DNA of 64,000 nucleotides from Macrostomum lignano (lineage: Eukaryota). The position numbers were made by a program, and so were the translations under genes. Under the pieces are notes generated by a model, which worked only from the letters and a program-made list of their open reading frames with translations, had not been told where the DNA came from and searched no databases. Where the stretch lies: assembly GCA_002269645.1 (NCBI GenBank), contig NIVC01000181.1, positions 585,693 through 649,692 of the forward strand, written 5' to 3'. Shown here piece after piece: positions 53,101-64,000 of this stretch; positions within the stretch are counted from its first letter, which is position 1; each line of letters begins with the position of its first letter.

Positions 53101-56100
53101 TCACAACAAGATCGGCGAAAAATAAATGAATACATTGACAACCAAGATTGGCAACAATTAGCGGGATCGCTGAACATTTGCGTCAGTCTGCCAGAACTAA
53201 ATCGTCAAATGCGTCTAATCCGGTCGTGTTCAAGCTGTTCAAGAGACCAGGACGCAGCCTCATCGTTCCTTTGCGCGAATATCATGTGGGAATCCCGGTA
53301 GAGACAGTGAAAAAGAGAAACTACGAATCTATCAATCTATCAATCTACCCGATAGAAGAGTTTATCAAATTTAAAAAGGCGATAAAAGTTTTTAATAACA
53401 AAATCACCATTACAGTCTTGAGGAGGGGAGGGGAGGGGATTGAAGAAAGTGAGATTTAGCAAAAATTGTATTCTAGAAAACTACCCCGCCACGAAAACTA
53501 CTAGCCTTTATCTCGTCTTGCGAATTATTCTCATCTTCTTTTACACTCTCTACCGGGATTCTAAAGTGGCAGTTTTGCTACTTTGAATAACTTTCGCATA
53601 CGCTCCTATTTAGTGAAGAAATGAATACCTGGTTGTATTGTGAATATTTCATGAAAATGCAGCACTAAGTCATGGCAAGTTGCCAGGTAAACATTTAAGG
53701 GGTAAGAAGTCGTGAGGGAAAGTAGTCCCCTCTAATGAGTAAGTAGCCAACGTGAGATAAAGATGTGAATTAGAAACCTTTTAAATAAAGATCTGCCAGG
53801 TAAACCAAGCTCCATCAACTATATCAGACAATCCAGATTGAGTCCATCTCGCAGCCCCAATCAACAATCTGAACCTTATCTAGTGGTTACTTTAATGAGA
53901 GCTCAGGGGGCTTTGCAGTGATTAAAGAATATATTCAGACAGTTTGATGTCGAAGGATCGAGATGAAGAAAGAATAAAAGCTGGCAAACTGTGCGCTTCC
54001 ATGCATATCTGGCCGGCCATGCGTCCGGTTGTCGGCTCACTAAATCCGCTTACCCGTATCACAACTTCAAACAATCAAAGTACCCTGGTAGTTCTAAGTA
54101 GCACCTGACAAGTTGAGAACCGCCATCAGAAACTGCAGAAATCGACACGCAGTAGCCGAAATACATATCTGTAGACATCCCGATTTCGCAACTTTTATCT
54201 CCACAATCGATAGATATAGTGTCATTTGGTTTTCTTATACAAATCATTAAAATTCGTAGAGTGCCGCGCAGTGCAGTGTGTAGGATAAATTCACACTTAG
54301 AAACGCTGGAGCCTTACTTGTTTGATTGCTCAGGTGTCATAAAGCAAATAGACGCTGCAATGATATTTGGTTAAAGTAACGCTTCTCTGCTCAAGCGAAA
54401 GATTGCAACTCAAACAACGTCGCTCATCGGATCAGACAGGAAACACGTGCCGATCCGATGAGCATAAATTCGCCGACTGCTGACTGCTCAAGAAAACAAG
54501 CTCAGACTCAACACGACTCAAGCAATCATGAAGTGGCAACTGGTTCTCGGACTTCTGCTGTTTGCAGCCCTGGCCGTCGCTGGGCCCTCAGAGGCCAAGG
54601 CCGAAAGTGAGTCGAAGGAGGATCCGTCCGACTCGGACGATTCCAAGCTGTCGGAGGAGCAGTTCCCGAAGCTGAGGAAGAAATTCCATCTCCATTTACC
54701 TGGTAAATAAGCAGCATCGTACGTCGAAGTCGCTTCATCGAAGATTAAGACAACTCACAGCTGACCGTACTTTGGACTCTGATCGGAACCGCCCAACTCC
54801 TAAAAATTAAGCGTGAAATCTACACAGCCCTTATTCGCTGATCAGTTTTAACAAATATAACAACCAGCACGATCTAAATAAGCACCTAAAAATCCAAAAT
54901 ATTTGTGTTGACAAGCTTTTTCATTTTTGTCAAGTCGCAAGTTGTCATGTGGAGCACTTGAAGAAACGAGTGTAAATCGTCTTGTAGTTAATAATTTGTC
55001 GCAGGAATTCAACAAAAAAGTGTTGAATTATAAGATACTCATTAGGAAGTTTTTGGTTATTCATTTATTCATTTCACAATTTCAAATAAACTCAACTTTA
55101 TTGTTGATTTCACAGTGCTCAACAGTAAAACTACCAAGAGAGGGGAGCTTCTGGACCTTCAACAGGTGGCCCCATGTGACTATGGACGAGCTGTTGCAAA
55201 ATTCTCCTGTTTCGCCGATCAAGCTTCAATAATGGGCAAGCCTCAACTGCTGGACATGCGTCATCAACCTGACGCCGTCGGTACCTTCAACAGATTAGCT
55301 GAGCCTGGATGAAGGCAAGTGATCAACGAAGTCAGAGCTGCAGACACATATGGTCGACGTACTGATGAAATTTGGAGGCTGCACTGAGGCGCAGGGCTGA
55401 TTGGCGCACAGGGGTGTACTGAATACACTAGGACTTCATCATCAAGGGAAAAATCCGATCTTCTGGATCTTCTGGCAGAATCGTCGAATATCTCAACGGT
55501 CCGGAGGGCTGGCGAATTTTTTCTTGTTTGAGACGGTGCGCAACAAAAATTTTGCCCGTGTTCTTGAATTCCGTATGCCTGCGTTGCTCCGTTCCGGCGC
55601 AACAAAAAATTGTCATGGGGGAATCCCCCCTTCTTGGTAGTTCGACGGGCGGAAAATGGCTTGGTATTCCTACTAGCTCGTAGTATTCTACATGGATAGC
55701 GAGGCCAAAAAACGATTTAAATGTACAAGGATATGATACAATAAATTAGGAATGAGCGGGGTCATGTGGGGTCAGGTAAAAGGTGTGTACAATGCTTTTT
55801 TGAATTGCGAAATGATAATGATGAGATACATCTGCGCGCACTTTGAGCCTTCGCTGTCGAGTCGTGTTATAAAATCTTATTGAAAACAAAATTAATTGTA
55901 TTCTGTCTATTGTCACTTGTCAAATTGTAACGCCCTTCACTTAGAGATTTCTCCTGAAATGGGCATTTGCTTCATGATGGCTCCATGAATCGAACGTTTT
56001 ATTAAACGGCGCAACTAAGTCAAAAAACAAGAGAACAATCTGTGAGTTAGCGTGACTCAGCCGCAATTATGTCAAACTCTAAAGCTGCATAACATGTTTA

Positions 56101-59100
56101 GTCTTATTTTGGTGACGAGTTACAAATCACCCCAACAATATAATAAATGACCGGAAAAGTTTCGAACTGCTATTTAAGCACTACGCAATAGTCCATAAAG
56201 TAGTAAGCTTGTTGCGATCGAAAAATATTTGCGAAAATGAATGAATAAGCCATAAGCGCTGAATAAGTATCATATCGAATCAACACATTTTGCTACATTT
56301 CGTGCGACAATTCACTTACTGCAAGACGCTACAAGTCTCTACAAGTTCTCCACATTACGACTTTTGAATTAAAGAAATTTACAACGCTCAACAACACAAA
56401 AATTATAGCTTTATTGGGTGCCTAATTAGATGGTGCTGGTTGTTTTATTTGTTAAAACTGATCAGCGAATAAGTGCTGTGTAGATTTTACGTTCATATTT
56501 AAGAATTTGGCGGTTCCGAGTAGAGTTCCGAGTCAGGTCAGTTGTGAGTTGTCTTAATCTCCCGATCCATGAAACCACATGTGCGATGTACGATGTGGCT
56601 CATCTAACCATGAAAATGAACGTGGAAGCCCTTCTTTTCCAGCTTGGAGAACTGCTCCTCCGACAGCTTGGAATCGTCCGAGTCGGACGGATCCTCCTTC
56701 GACTCACTTTCGGCCTTGGCCTCCTCCTGGGTGGGCTGGGCGACGGCCAGGGCGGCGCACAGCAGAAGTCCGAGAATCAGTTGCCACTTCATGATTGCTT
56801 GAGTCGAGTCGATTCTTCGAGCTGTGTGTAGATTGAGTCGATTCTGAGCTTGTTGTGTTGAGCAGTCGGCAACTACGAATTTATACGCATCGGATCGGCA
56901 CGTGTTTCCGGTCCGTTGAGAGACGTTGTTTGAGATGAAGGCTTTTGCGTGAGCAGAGACAGGCGTTGCTTTAACCGAATATCATGTAGCGTTTATTTTC
57001 TTGTTGACACCTGAGCAATGCTAGAACAAGTACCGCTCTAGCGTTTTCTCAGTGCAAATATATTCTACGTACCGCAATAGACTGCACTGCATTGCATTTT
57101 GCTCTTTATCAGATGCATTAGTAAAGCCAAATGACACTATCTATCGAATATGGAAAAATATGGTAAATGGCTTAGCGATTGTTTTCTACAATTTGTTGTT
57201 TGCGCTGCTGCTAAATTCAACGTTGACATCCATTTCTGTAGTTTCCAATTGGGGTTCTAAGCTTGCCATGTGCTATTTAGAACTCCTTATATTTGATTCC
57301 TTAATCGACTCGGGTGAGCGGATTTCATGAACAGATTTCATAGTGACATCAAGGATATCTCTTCCCTAGAGGCGCAAGATAATGTCTCGGAGCTGATGAC
57401 AGGGCAGGAGAGAAGCGCCATTGGATTGCCTGCAGGTTCTCATGTTCCTGCCAGTAACGCCTGTGGTGCTACGCTCTGCAGTACAAAAGCTGATGACAAG
57501 ATGGTGTTAGTCCAGTGTGCTTAGCATGGGTTGCAACCGCACATTTAAGAAAATTCAAACACTATAGGTAGTCTCGTCTGACTGCATTGAACCATCGGTT
57601 TTTCAATGGAACTCAGCTGGGTTTCAGCGTAAGTGATGATAGCGAAGTAGCGACGTAGCGACTCGAAAAAAGAGTATATCAAAAGCTGCCAAACGGCGAA
57701 CATGCATTTCTTTCGCTAGGTCTGAATTTTCCGATTTTTCTGCTTTGTTCGATCGCACACGAAATCGGCTCCCTAAATCCGCTACCCGGTAATAAGAAAG
57801 TAAGGAATCAAATCTACGAGCTAAGGAGTTCTAAATAGCGTCTGAAAAGTTGAGAACCACTAATCAGAAATTGACACGCAGTAGCCGAGACAAAAATCTG
57901 TAAATATCCTGTTTTGCGCATATATTCTCCACAATTGATAGATAGTGTCATTTGGCGTTACTATGCAACTGTCTTAATATTCAAATGCAGTTTAGTACAG
58001 TGAGGTTCCTAAGAGACATTTGCGCTGTGAAAATGCTAGAGCGGTACTTGTTTGATTGCTCGGGTGTCAAAAAGCAAACAAACGCTACATGATATACGCT
58101 TAAAGCAACGCTGCTCGCGCAAAAGACTTCAAATCAAACAACGTTGCTCGACGGATCGGAAACACGTGCCGATCCGATGCGTATATATTAGCAGCAGCCG
58201 ACTGCTCAACACAACAAGCTCAGACTCTACTCGACTCAAGCAACCATGAAGTGGCAACTGGTTCTCGGACTTCTGCTGTTCGCAGCCCTGGTCGTCGCCG
58301 AGCCTTCCCAGGAGGACGACAAGGGCCAAAGTGATTCGAAGGATGATCCGACCGAGATGGACGTTTCCAGCATGTCGGATGAGCAGTTCCCGAAGCTCAG
58401 GAAGAAATTCCACCTTCATTTACCTGGTAAATAAGCAACATCGTACATCGAAGTCGTTTTATCGAAGAATAAGTGACTAGCACTCAAAACTCACAGCTGA
58501 CCGGACTCTGAACTTTGACTCTGAACCGAACAATGCCTGAATGGTAAACGTGAAATCTACACAGCCCGTACTCACTGATCAGTTTTAATAAATATAACAA
58601 CAAGCTGCATCCTTCTTGGTACCTAATGCAACTGTAATATATGTGTTGTTGAGCTTTGTAAATTTGCTCGAGTCACAAGTCGTCACGTGGAGAACTTGTA
58701 GACACATTGACTTTAAATACTTCAAATACTTCAAATAAGAAGTAGTTATTCTTTGCAGGAAAAATAGAAAAATGACTCGCTAATGACTGTGGAGCATGTT
58801 TGTTTGGGTTCTAATGTAGAGTAAGTCTTTCGCGAATTGTATCTTTTCGATGTTTTCATTAGTGTCAGGACACGCGGATTTTCTATTTGGACTCCTTTCC
58901 CTTGTATTTTTTTTCATTGTCAGCTCATAAAATTGGCCCTATGAGACTGTGAAAAGCCAGAGCAGCTTAAACCGAGTTACTGCACAAAGCAACTTATAAT
59001 GGAGGCCTATCAGCAAAACAGTGCGCTCAATCACCCGCCTTTCTCTTCGCTTGTTAATTAAAATCGTTAGAGAAGCCATCTTCTGGGCTTAATTATCTGA

Positions 59101-60185
59101 GCTCAATTGTCTGAAAGTCAGAGGCTATGCACAAAATAGTTTATACTAAATTAATTTCGCATGTACCAATTATAGTTACTATTAAGGCAAGTAGTTTTTA
59201 GGGGAAGTATACAAAAGTAAACGTGAAAGGCCCTGGAAGCCTAACTTTTGAAACTTACATTGAAAGGCCCTGGAAGCAAGAGGATATACCATTCCGCTTG
59301 AAAATGCAATGGGCGAGCTCAAAGTTGTTCTGTCTTTGTCAAATTTTACTTCATGACTCTCTGAAGATAAAAAATCCTTACAGTGCTTTTTCATTCGATA
59401 TAAAGCAGTACTTGTGAATTTATAGTGTCAAAAATGAAGATAAATCTCTAATACGAGCTAAATTTGCATTTAAAGGCATTTTCATGAACCTTTATGTGCG
59501 TTTGCAAAGTTCAAGAATACGAGAATCGTCAATTTGGCGATGAATACCAAATAAATGCATATATCATCAATTATTTCACTGTGTTATGTCGTCTCGCAAC
59601 CATTTGTCCTTAAAGAAACCCCTTTGGGCACCTCGCAGCGCGCCGGGCGCATTTCCATCAATGCTACCTTGTGTATCGTAACCAACTATTCTCTAGCGAC
59701 GCAGTTGGACAGTCTGGCTCACCCTTCTCCGCTCTGCACCCTCGTTCTGCGCTGCGGTCCTGCAGACTCGTGAGAATCCGACCGAGCCAGGAGGCACAGC
59801 TCCCAGCGAAGAGTTCCTCGGCGCCCTCGTCCTTCAGCTGGGCATTGGCGCAGTCAATCGGCAGCTCCCAGTATCGTGGCAGCGGCAGCTCGCGCACTAG
59901 CCGGGCCGTCGCCAACCGGAATTCGTCCCTGTCCGGCTCGGCCAGCCAGGCTCTGAGGCGGGCGGCGCCAATATCTGGTGCGTAGACGCCAGACAGCAGC
60001 GCCGAGTGCCGGTAGCAGCGATAGCTCGGCGGCAGGCGGAGCGTCGCGTTTAACGACGGAGCCGAAGTCGGCGGACAGGGCAAACGGGCGTCAAACAGCA
60101 ACCGCTGACGTCCGCGAATGACGAGCGTGGCTTGAAGTCGAACTGTCTGCCGGCTCGGATGGCGGCATCTGACCAGCAGAGTTAC
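38198..60185 (-). CDS. SEL1L3: SEL1L3-like Sel1-repeat membrane protein, multi-exon (5' exon(s) not located)
   Basis: Phase-consistent GT-AG exons: 60185-59723, 44418-44295, 44021-43775, 42825-42489, 42341-42082, 41981-41841, 41498-41116, 40371-39928, 39483-39400, 39312-39131, 38778-38514; probable last exon about 38280-38198 (junction unresolved). The translation follows vertebrate SEL1L3 as I recall it: LRAW, FTFSTWIYL, GGYSQTPGISG, DDLFQWISHQAGRG...LLYWG, Sel1 repeats, hydrophobic C-terminus. Confidence 0.82.
38290..38470. repeat. 28-bp tandem repeat (about 6 units)
   Basis: Unit ACACAGGTTGCAAAAGTACACAGACAGG. Confidence 0.95.
45781..45969 (-). CDS. His-rich secreted prepropeptide copy 14 (type A, QEE-inserted subgroup), intronic
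   Basis: Intact 62 aa ORF ending FSKLEKK-GFHVHFHG. Confidence 0.9.
   Translation of the reverse strand: MKWQLVLGLLLCAALAVAQPTQEEAKAESESKEDPSDPDDSKLSEEQFSKLEKKGFHVHFHG
46430..48830 (-). mobile_element. Decayed LINE (APE-RT; R1/LOA/I-like)
   Basis: ILIKEPW near 48150, PTQFFFTK..ALHAIVE..SLNLEGAFDNV near 46890-47010, YGDD near 46635; many stops. Confidence 0.7.
49451..49639 (-). CDS. His-rich secreted prepropeptide copy 15 (type A, QEE subgroup), intronic
   Basis: ATG at 49639; 62 aa ending EEHFSMLKKK-GFHVHFHG. Confidence 0.9.
   Translation of the reverse strand: MKWQLVLGLLLCAALAVAQPTQEEAKAESESKEDPSDPDDSKLSEEHFSMLKKKGFHVHFHG
50970..51300 (-). mobile_element. Tc1/mariner-like transposase N-terminal HTH remnant
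   Basis: VIEALDGGEHPKDIARLLNVKEKVVYSIQQR resembles a paired-type HTH; no DDE domain seen. Confidence 0.4.
51593..52888. mobile_element. Non-autonomous hAT-like element with subterminal CCCGAA arrays
   Basis: Termini TAGGGGTGTTCGGG ... CCCGAACACCCCA; 8-bp TSD AGTTCCAT at 51585-51592 and 52889-52896; (A)CCCCGA repeats at 51640-51750 and 52725-52885. Confidence 0.8.
54528..54710 (+). CDS. His-rich secreted prepropeptide copy 16 (type A spacer, type B mature peptide), intronic
   Basis: Intact 60 aa ORF ending LRKK-FHLHLPGK. Confidence 0.9.
   Translation: MKWQLVLGLLLFAALAVAGPSEAKAESESKEDPSDSDDSKLSEEQFPKLRKKFHLHLPGK
56604..56792 (-). CDS. His-rich secreted prepropeptide copy 17 (type A, QEE subgroup), intronic
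   Basis: Intact 62 aa ORF. Confidence 0.9.
   Translation of the reverse strand: MKWQLILGLLLCAALAVAQPTQEEAKAESESKEDPSDSDDSKLSEEQFSKLEKKGFHVHFHG
58246..58434 (+). CDS. His-rich secreted prepropeptide copy 18 (type B), intronic
   Basis: Intact 62 aa ORF; B-type spacer and FHLHLPGK. Confidence 0.9.
   Translation: MKWQLVLGLLLFAALVVAEPSQEDDKGQSDSKDDPTEMDVSSMSDEQFPKLRKKFHLHLPGK
59723..60185 (-). CDS. SEL1L3: Distal N-terminal exon of the SEL1L3-like gene
   Basis: CAG acceptor at 60188-60186, GTGAGC donor at 59722. The exon ends in phase 1 (G) and joins AG at 44418 to read CRAEK-E-RVQFNEFPLAVHGDIG. Confidence 0.75.
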
Positions 60186-61279
60186 CTGGAGAGGTGAGGT
60201 ACATAATAAAGAAGTAGAAAATTCTTTCTCTGAGATAGAGGAGCGAGGGTGGGTGGCATTGTTCCAGATGGCGGTCGAGATCGTACTGCTGTACATCAAC
60301 GAGACTGTTACGCTGACATACTCGCTCAAAAATGAGGAGACTCTTAAGATGGTCCTTCAGGGATGATCTCGTAAGATATCCCTCATGATTTCTCCTAAAT
60401 CTTGTTCCGATTTGATTATCTGGCCTTAAGAAATTACAACTGGATTTCCACTTTTATGATTAGCATCGGATGTGTACTTTATAAATCGTTCTTTGGAAAT
60501 TCTTTCCCAAGATCCCAAGATGTATCTGAAAATGTGTCCCTAAGAGAGTGTGTGTGTTGAAGACTCGAAGATTATTTCTTTCACTACGAGCGAAAAACTG
60601 AGCACTTTGGTACAGAGTTTAAGAGAGACACTTTCGAAAATCCTTAATGGAAAATCCTACTAGACACACCCAGAGAGATTTTCTCCCATTTCTCAGTCTT
60701 ATGTAGTGAGAGGGGAAGTCGATTTTGTAGCAACTGATTAAAGAATGCACAGAACCAGAGGACAGGAAAAATGCTTTTGTGAACGACTTGTGCTGTGGCT
60801 CATTTGTGAATCGGATTGAGTACTGAGGGTATTGAAAATGAAGCGAGTAATAGGGGAATTCCGCAATTTATTTCCAGACTGTGGGTTTCAAATTGATCTG
60901 AAAGTTAATTTTTCTGGGGTAGATTGCAGTGTCTTAGGAGAGGAATGATTATAGTACTCTCATGTAGCGACTTCTGTCCTCCTCCTGATTGGTCCTCACT
61001 TCTTCCCTCTTTAGCCTCTAGTTCTCACTCCATCCCTCTATTCCTTTTGCGTAGCTAACCCACCCGTTGTGGGCTTCGTTCACTCACTCAAACTTTTGCT
61101 ATTGTTTTTACAAAAAGTGACAAATTTTTGTTATTATTATTACGAAATGTGTTGTAATAGATAGATTCACACACCTCTAAAACTGTAAACTTCAATCCCA
61201 AAATTTGGTAGAAGACTACTAAGGGATTCCGTATGGCGCGATTTTGCGAAGGTCCGTCGGGCTGATGTCGGCCTCTAGC

Positions 61280-61870
61280 ACCGCGGCAAGGTGCTCCCTC
61301 GGGGTGTACCACCTCCCCCGGGGTGTACCTCCAGCGGGGTGGGTGTCCAGCGAGTGTACCTCCAGCGGGGTGGGCCTCCCGCGAGTGTACATCCGGCCGG
61401 CTGGGCGTCCAGCGAGTGTACCTTCAGCGCATGGGCCTCCCTCGGGGTGTAAATCCGGCGGGGGGATTCCCGCCCCTCCCACCAATGTCGTGTGCACGCG
61501 GTTAGTGTAGGAAGGAAACCCCCGATGCTGACGCAGCCCTGTACACTGAGCAACCGGCCCCCATGCGGGGGACAGAGAGCAGCCCCTGTAGCAGGAGGGG
61601 TAGTGCGTGGAGAGCCGCCATCCCCCTGTAGCAAGGGACAGATAACAGGCGGCCCCCTGTAGCAGTATGAGGTGGGGTACAAAGAGACACGGGGTGCTGG
61701 GACAGAGAGTGCGTGGAGGCACCCTGCGCTGCCCTGGCATGTCGCAGCACGCGGCGTGGACAGAGAGGGAGTGTGAGTCACACGGAGGGACAGAGAGCTT
61801 CCCCAGGCCGGGGTGGTAGAGGGACAGACCGGCGGTGAGTGATAGAGAGCTCCCCCAGGGCAGTAGAGGA
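61280..61870. repeat. GC-rich degenerate tandem repeats downstream of the Polinton ATPase (possible subterminal repeats)
   Basis: About 31-bp units (AGCGAGTGTACCTCCAGCGGGGTGGGCCTCC-like) at 61300-61460 and recurring GGGACAGAGAG at 61560-61850. Confidence 0.65.
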
Positions 61871-61950
61871 CTTGAAAAGAAAAAACACGTATTTTAGTTG
61901 TTTCAGGTTCAGGCCATCCGGCAAACAGAGCAAAGCTCTCCAACAGTGTT

Positions 61951-62580
61951 TTATTTAGCATAAACTACGGGGTAGCGCCCCAACACATTAGCATAGTAGC
62001 GAACAGATGCGTTCTGCAAGCAATTAACAATCAAGTAGGAGTAGGGCTCCCTAGTGGCGTCTTCGTACATTTGAACAAAACTTTTTGGGTTAGCGGGGAC
62101 AAGCTGCTTTGCAATATGGGCGACTGTACTAACGTCCCGTACATTGCGGAACAATACAAGGTAGTTTGCGTTAAGGGATTGAGTGCGGTGCTCCTTGCCC
62201 TTGGCAAACAGGTTTTGTACAAGGTACCAAAGCCGGAATCCCACATGGCTGACTTTGCGAGTGAAAAATGCGGTAAAAGCAGCGTTTTTTTCCATGGCTT
62301 GCATTTGATCATCGACAACGAGTAGAATATTCGGAGCGGGAACATAGGTTTCAGGGTTAAATGTAGACGAGCGAAAATTGACAGGGTACGGTAATTCAAA
62401 CAGTTCCGGGTCTGGATAGTGCCCAAACCAATCAACGCGAACAGGCTTAGGGTCCTGAAAAAACTCGTTTCGCAGCAATTCTTTAACAAGAGTTGTTTTT
62501 CCGCTCTGGTTAACACCAGCAAAAATCGCCGAAGTATTTGGAGCAAACTTTAGAGCGTCAGGATCAATTGTTTGGTACAT
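61951..62580 (-). CDS. Polinton/Maverick DNA-packaging ATPase (A32/FtsK-HerA-like)
   Basis: Walker A GVNQSGKT, Walker B LLVVDD, then FFTRKVSH, QNLF..GK..RTQSLNANYLVLFRN; first ATG at 62580. Confidence 0.88.
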   Translation of the reverse strand: MYQTIDPDALKFAPNTSAIFAGVNQSGKTTLVKELLRNEFFQDPKPVRVDWFGHYPDPELFELPYPVNFRSSTFNPETYVPAPNILLVVDDQMQAMEKNAAFTAFFTRKVSHVGFRLWYLVQNLFAKGKEHRTQSLNANYLVLFRNVRDVSTVAHIAKQLVPANPKSFVQMYEDATREPYSYLIVNCLQNASVRYYANVLGRYPVVYAK

Positions 62581-62614
62581 TTTCAGGGCGAGTTGACACT
62601 CCAAATATTAAAAA

Positions 62615-63052
62615 CTATTTTATTTGTAGAACATGTTTTCGAACCATCAAATCATTTTCAAGCAGATTGGTAGAGTAACATTCCCTTAAAATCTTTTCAA
62701 TCGACAACCCCTCTAAAAAGTGCTTTTCGGCCACAAAAATCACATGCGGCCCACACGCTACACTTAGAGGGTGTTGAACAGGGTGGCGATTCATAGCAAC
62801 AGGTGAATGTACATGCTTCGAGATCCAAGCCGAGAGCAATTCCGGCACGGGTTCAATACACAGAGGGTCAAAAAATGTCACACTCTTATCATCGTGTAGG
62901 CAAATCAGTCCCCAGTGGGTGCCTGGCAGATTACCCGTGTCAAAATTAATTACATATGCAGCAGGGTAAACAGGTGCAGGAATTCTGTCGAGAGGGCAAA
63001 CGTGCACTTCCACAGGTAGTTTTAAACACTCCAAAATTTCCAACGTGTTCAT
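62615..63052 (-). CDS. Polinton/Maverick adenain-like cysteine protease
   Basis: VINFD...PGTHW (His), FFDP (Asp), VQHPLSVACG (Gln/Cys); its start overlaps the capsid stop (ATGA). Confidence 0.88.
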   Translation of the reverse strand: MNTLEILECLKLPVEVHVCPLDRIPAPVYPAAYVINFDTGNLPGTHWGLICLHDDKSVTFFDPLCIEPVPELLSAWISKHVHSPVAMNRHPVQHPLSVACGPHVIFVAEKHFLEGLSIEKILRECYSTNLLENDLMVRKHVLQIK

Positions 63053-64000
63053 ACGTAGTCCAGAATGGGCTGGCGGCCTCTAGTGATTTGCACCGCGTTG
63101 TCAAAGTAACCAAACACCAAAACGTTAATCCCGGCAGGTAGGGCTGCAGAAAACTTTATCTGTAGGGTCAGATTCCCTCTCTCGCGAGGCATGCTATGTC
63201 CACCCAGTTCCATATCGGGCATTAGATTCCACGCAAATAAGCAGTAACCGGCGCGATAATCCGAATATGACAGGTCAATGTCCAAATCGCGATTCATTTT
63301 CCCTAGGCTCTTAAACAGCATGGCGTATTCGCGAGCATAGTTTTGGGCAGCGAACCTTGGAGTGAATGGTTGACCGCACAGACTGACACCGTCCTTGTAC
63401 AGGGCCACACTGTCAGCCCCAAATGGCTCGAAATTGAACGGATTATGGGTAGCCACCCCGTTATATGCGGCACTATTTACCATCCCCATAATGACAAGTT
63501 TAGGCTTCTGCTCCGGGAAAATATTATTGATTGACACGTCGCGAACTCCTACAGCGACAGAGGTGTTGTGTACAACGAGGCGCTCGATGGGGTAGACTGC
63601 ATTCTGAGTTGCCAGCTGTTCTTCAATCTCCAAGGCCAGTTGGGGGTTAGCCTTTACCCGACGAACGTGTAATTTTGCACTTTGAAGAACCAACTTTGCA
63701 TCAACCCCTTCGGCGTGATTCTCTACAACGAATCCCGAATTTTGCAGAGTGAGCGTAACCACCATATCAGTGTAGGGTAGCAGCATACGATCGTTGGTGA
63801 CAAAAAAGTCGAGACTAAGAGGGCCATACAGGTGAAATGTTCGAGAACCGGCAGCCATCGCCTTGCGAGTTACAAAGCCAGGATTTCCAACCGCAGCCAT
63901 TTGACCCCCAGCGTCTTTAGCGTAGCCCATCATCCGCAGTTGGTTAGACTTTGAATCAGACCCATAACTCAAGCATGTACGAATGTACGCCTTGTAGGCA
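63049..64000 (-). CDS. Polinton/Maverick major capsid protein (double jelly-roll), 5' part outside window
   Basis: Frame open to the window edge (AYKAYIRTCLSYGSDSK); GPLSLDFF, HNPFNFEPF, GYCLFAWNLMPD, GNLTLQIKFSAAL motifs. Confidence 0.85.
   Translation of the reverse strand, partial: AYKAYIRTCLSYGSDSKSNQLRMMGYAKDAGGQMAAVGNPGFVTRKAMAAGSRTFHLYGPLSLDFFVTNDRMLLPYTDMVVTLTLQNSGFVVENHAEGVDAKLVLQSAKLHVRRVKANPQLALEIEEQLATQNAVYPIERLVVHNTSVAVGVRDVSINNIFPEQKPKLVIMGMVNSAAYNGVATHNPFNFEPFGADSVALYKDGVSLCGQPFTPRFAAQNYAREYAMLFKSLGKMNRDLDIDLSYSDYRAGYCLFAWNLMPDMELGGHSMPRERGNLTLQIKFSAALPAGINVLVFGYFDNAVQITRGRQPILDYV

Larger units (their letters stand above)
61220..64000 (-). mobile_element. Polinton/Maverick (endogenous virus-like element), partial
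   Basis: Compact, intact, co-oriented capsid-protease-ATPase genes; left boundary approximate. Confidence 0.8.

Noticed and set aside
57390-57500. CTGATGA motifs as hammerhead ribozyme cores (also 18504, 55364)
   Set aside because: No appropriately placed stem II and GAAA.
61215-61220. ACTACT as a possible Polinton terminus
   Set aside because: Wrong orientation for a left end on the plus strand, and the partner TIR/TSD is outside the window.
61219-61961. ORFs 61275..61961 and 61219..61740
   Set aside because: Low-complexity products of GC-rich tandem repeats; no domain motifs.

Overview
Eukaryotic (metazoan, probably invertebrate) genomic DNA, rich in repeats and transposon debris; there is no prokaryotic operon or CRISPR array. 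The dominant feature is a dispersed cluster of 18 copies (16 intact, 1 pseudogene, 1 deletion derivative) of an intronless 60-63 codon gene. It encodes a secreted prepropeptide: signal peptide, acidic spacer, invariant KK site and a very short His-rich C-terminal peptide. Two C-terminal types occur, GFHVHFH-G (12 intact copies) and FHLHLP-GK (4 intact copies), and both end in an amidation signal. Most copies form inverted (convergent) pairs and share a conserved E-box/TATA promoter module. Five copies lie inside a 15.3 kb intron of a minus-strand SEL1L3-like gene (about 38.2-60.2 kb). The predicted mature peptides have an N-terminal X-X-His (ATCUN-type) or X-His metal-binding start and strict hydrophobic/His alternation; I do not recognise the family. 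Interspersed mobile DNA: a frameshifted piggyBac transposase, a frameshifted tyrosine-recombinase retrotransposon (Ngaro/DIRS-like), LINE and Gypsy remnants, a tRNA-derived SINE, two hAT-type non-autonomous elements (one only 28 bp) and, at the right edge, the capsid-protease-ATPase module of a Polinton/Maverick. All family assignments come from motif recognition by eye, with no database search.
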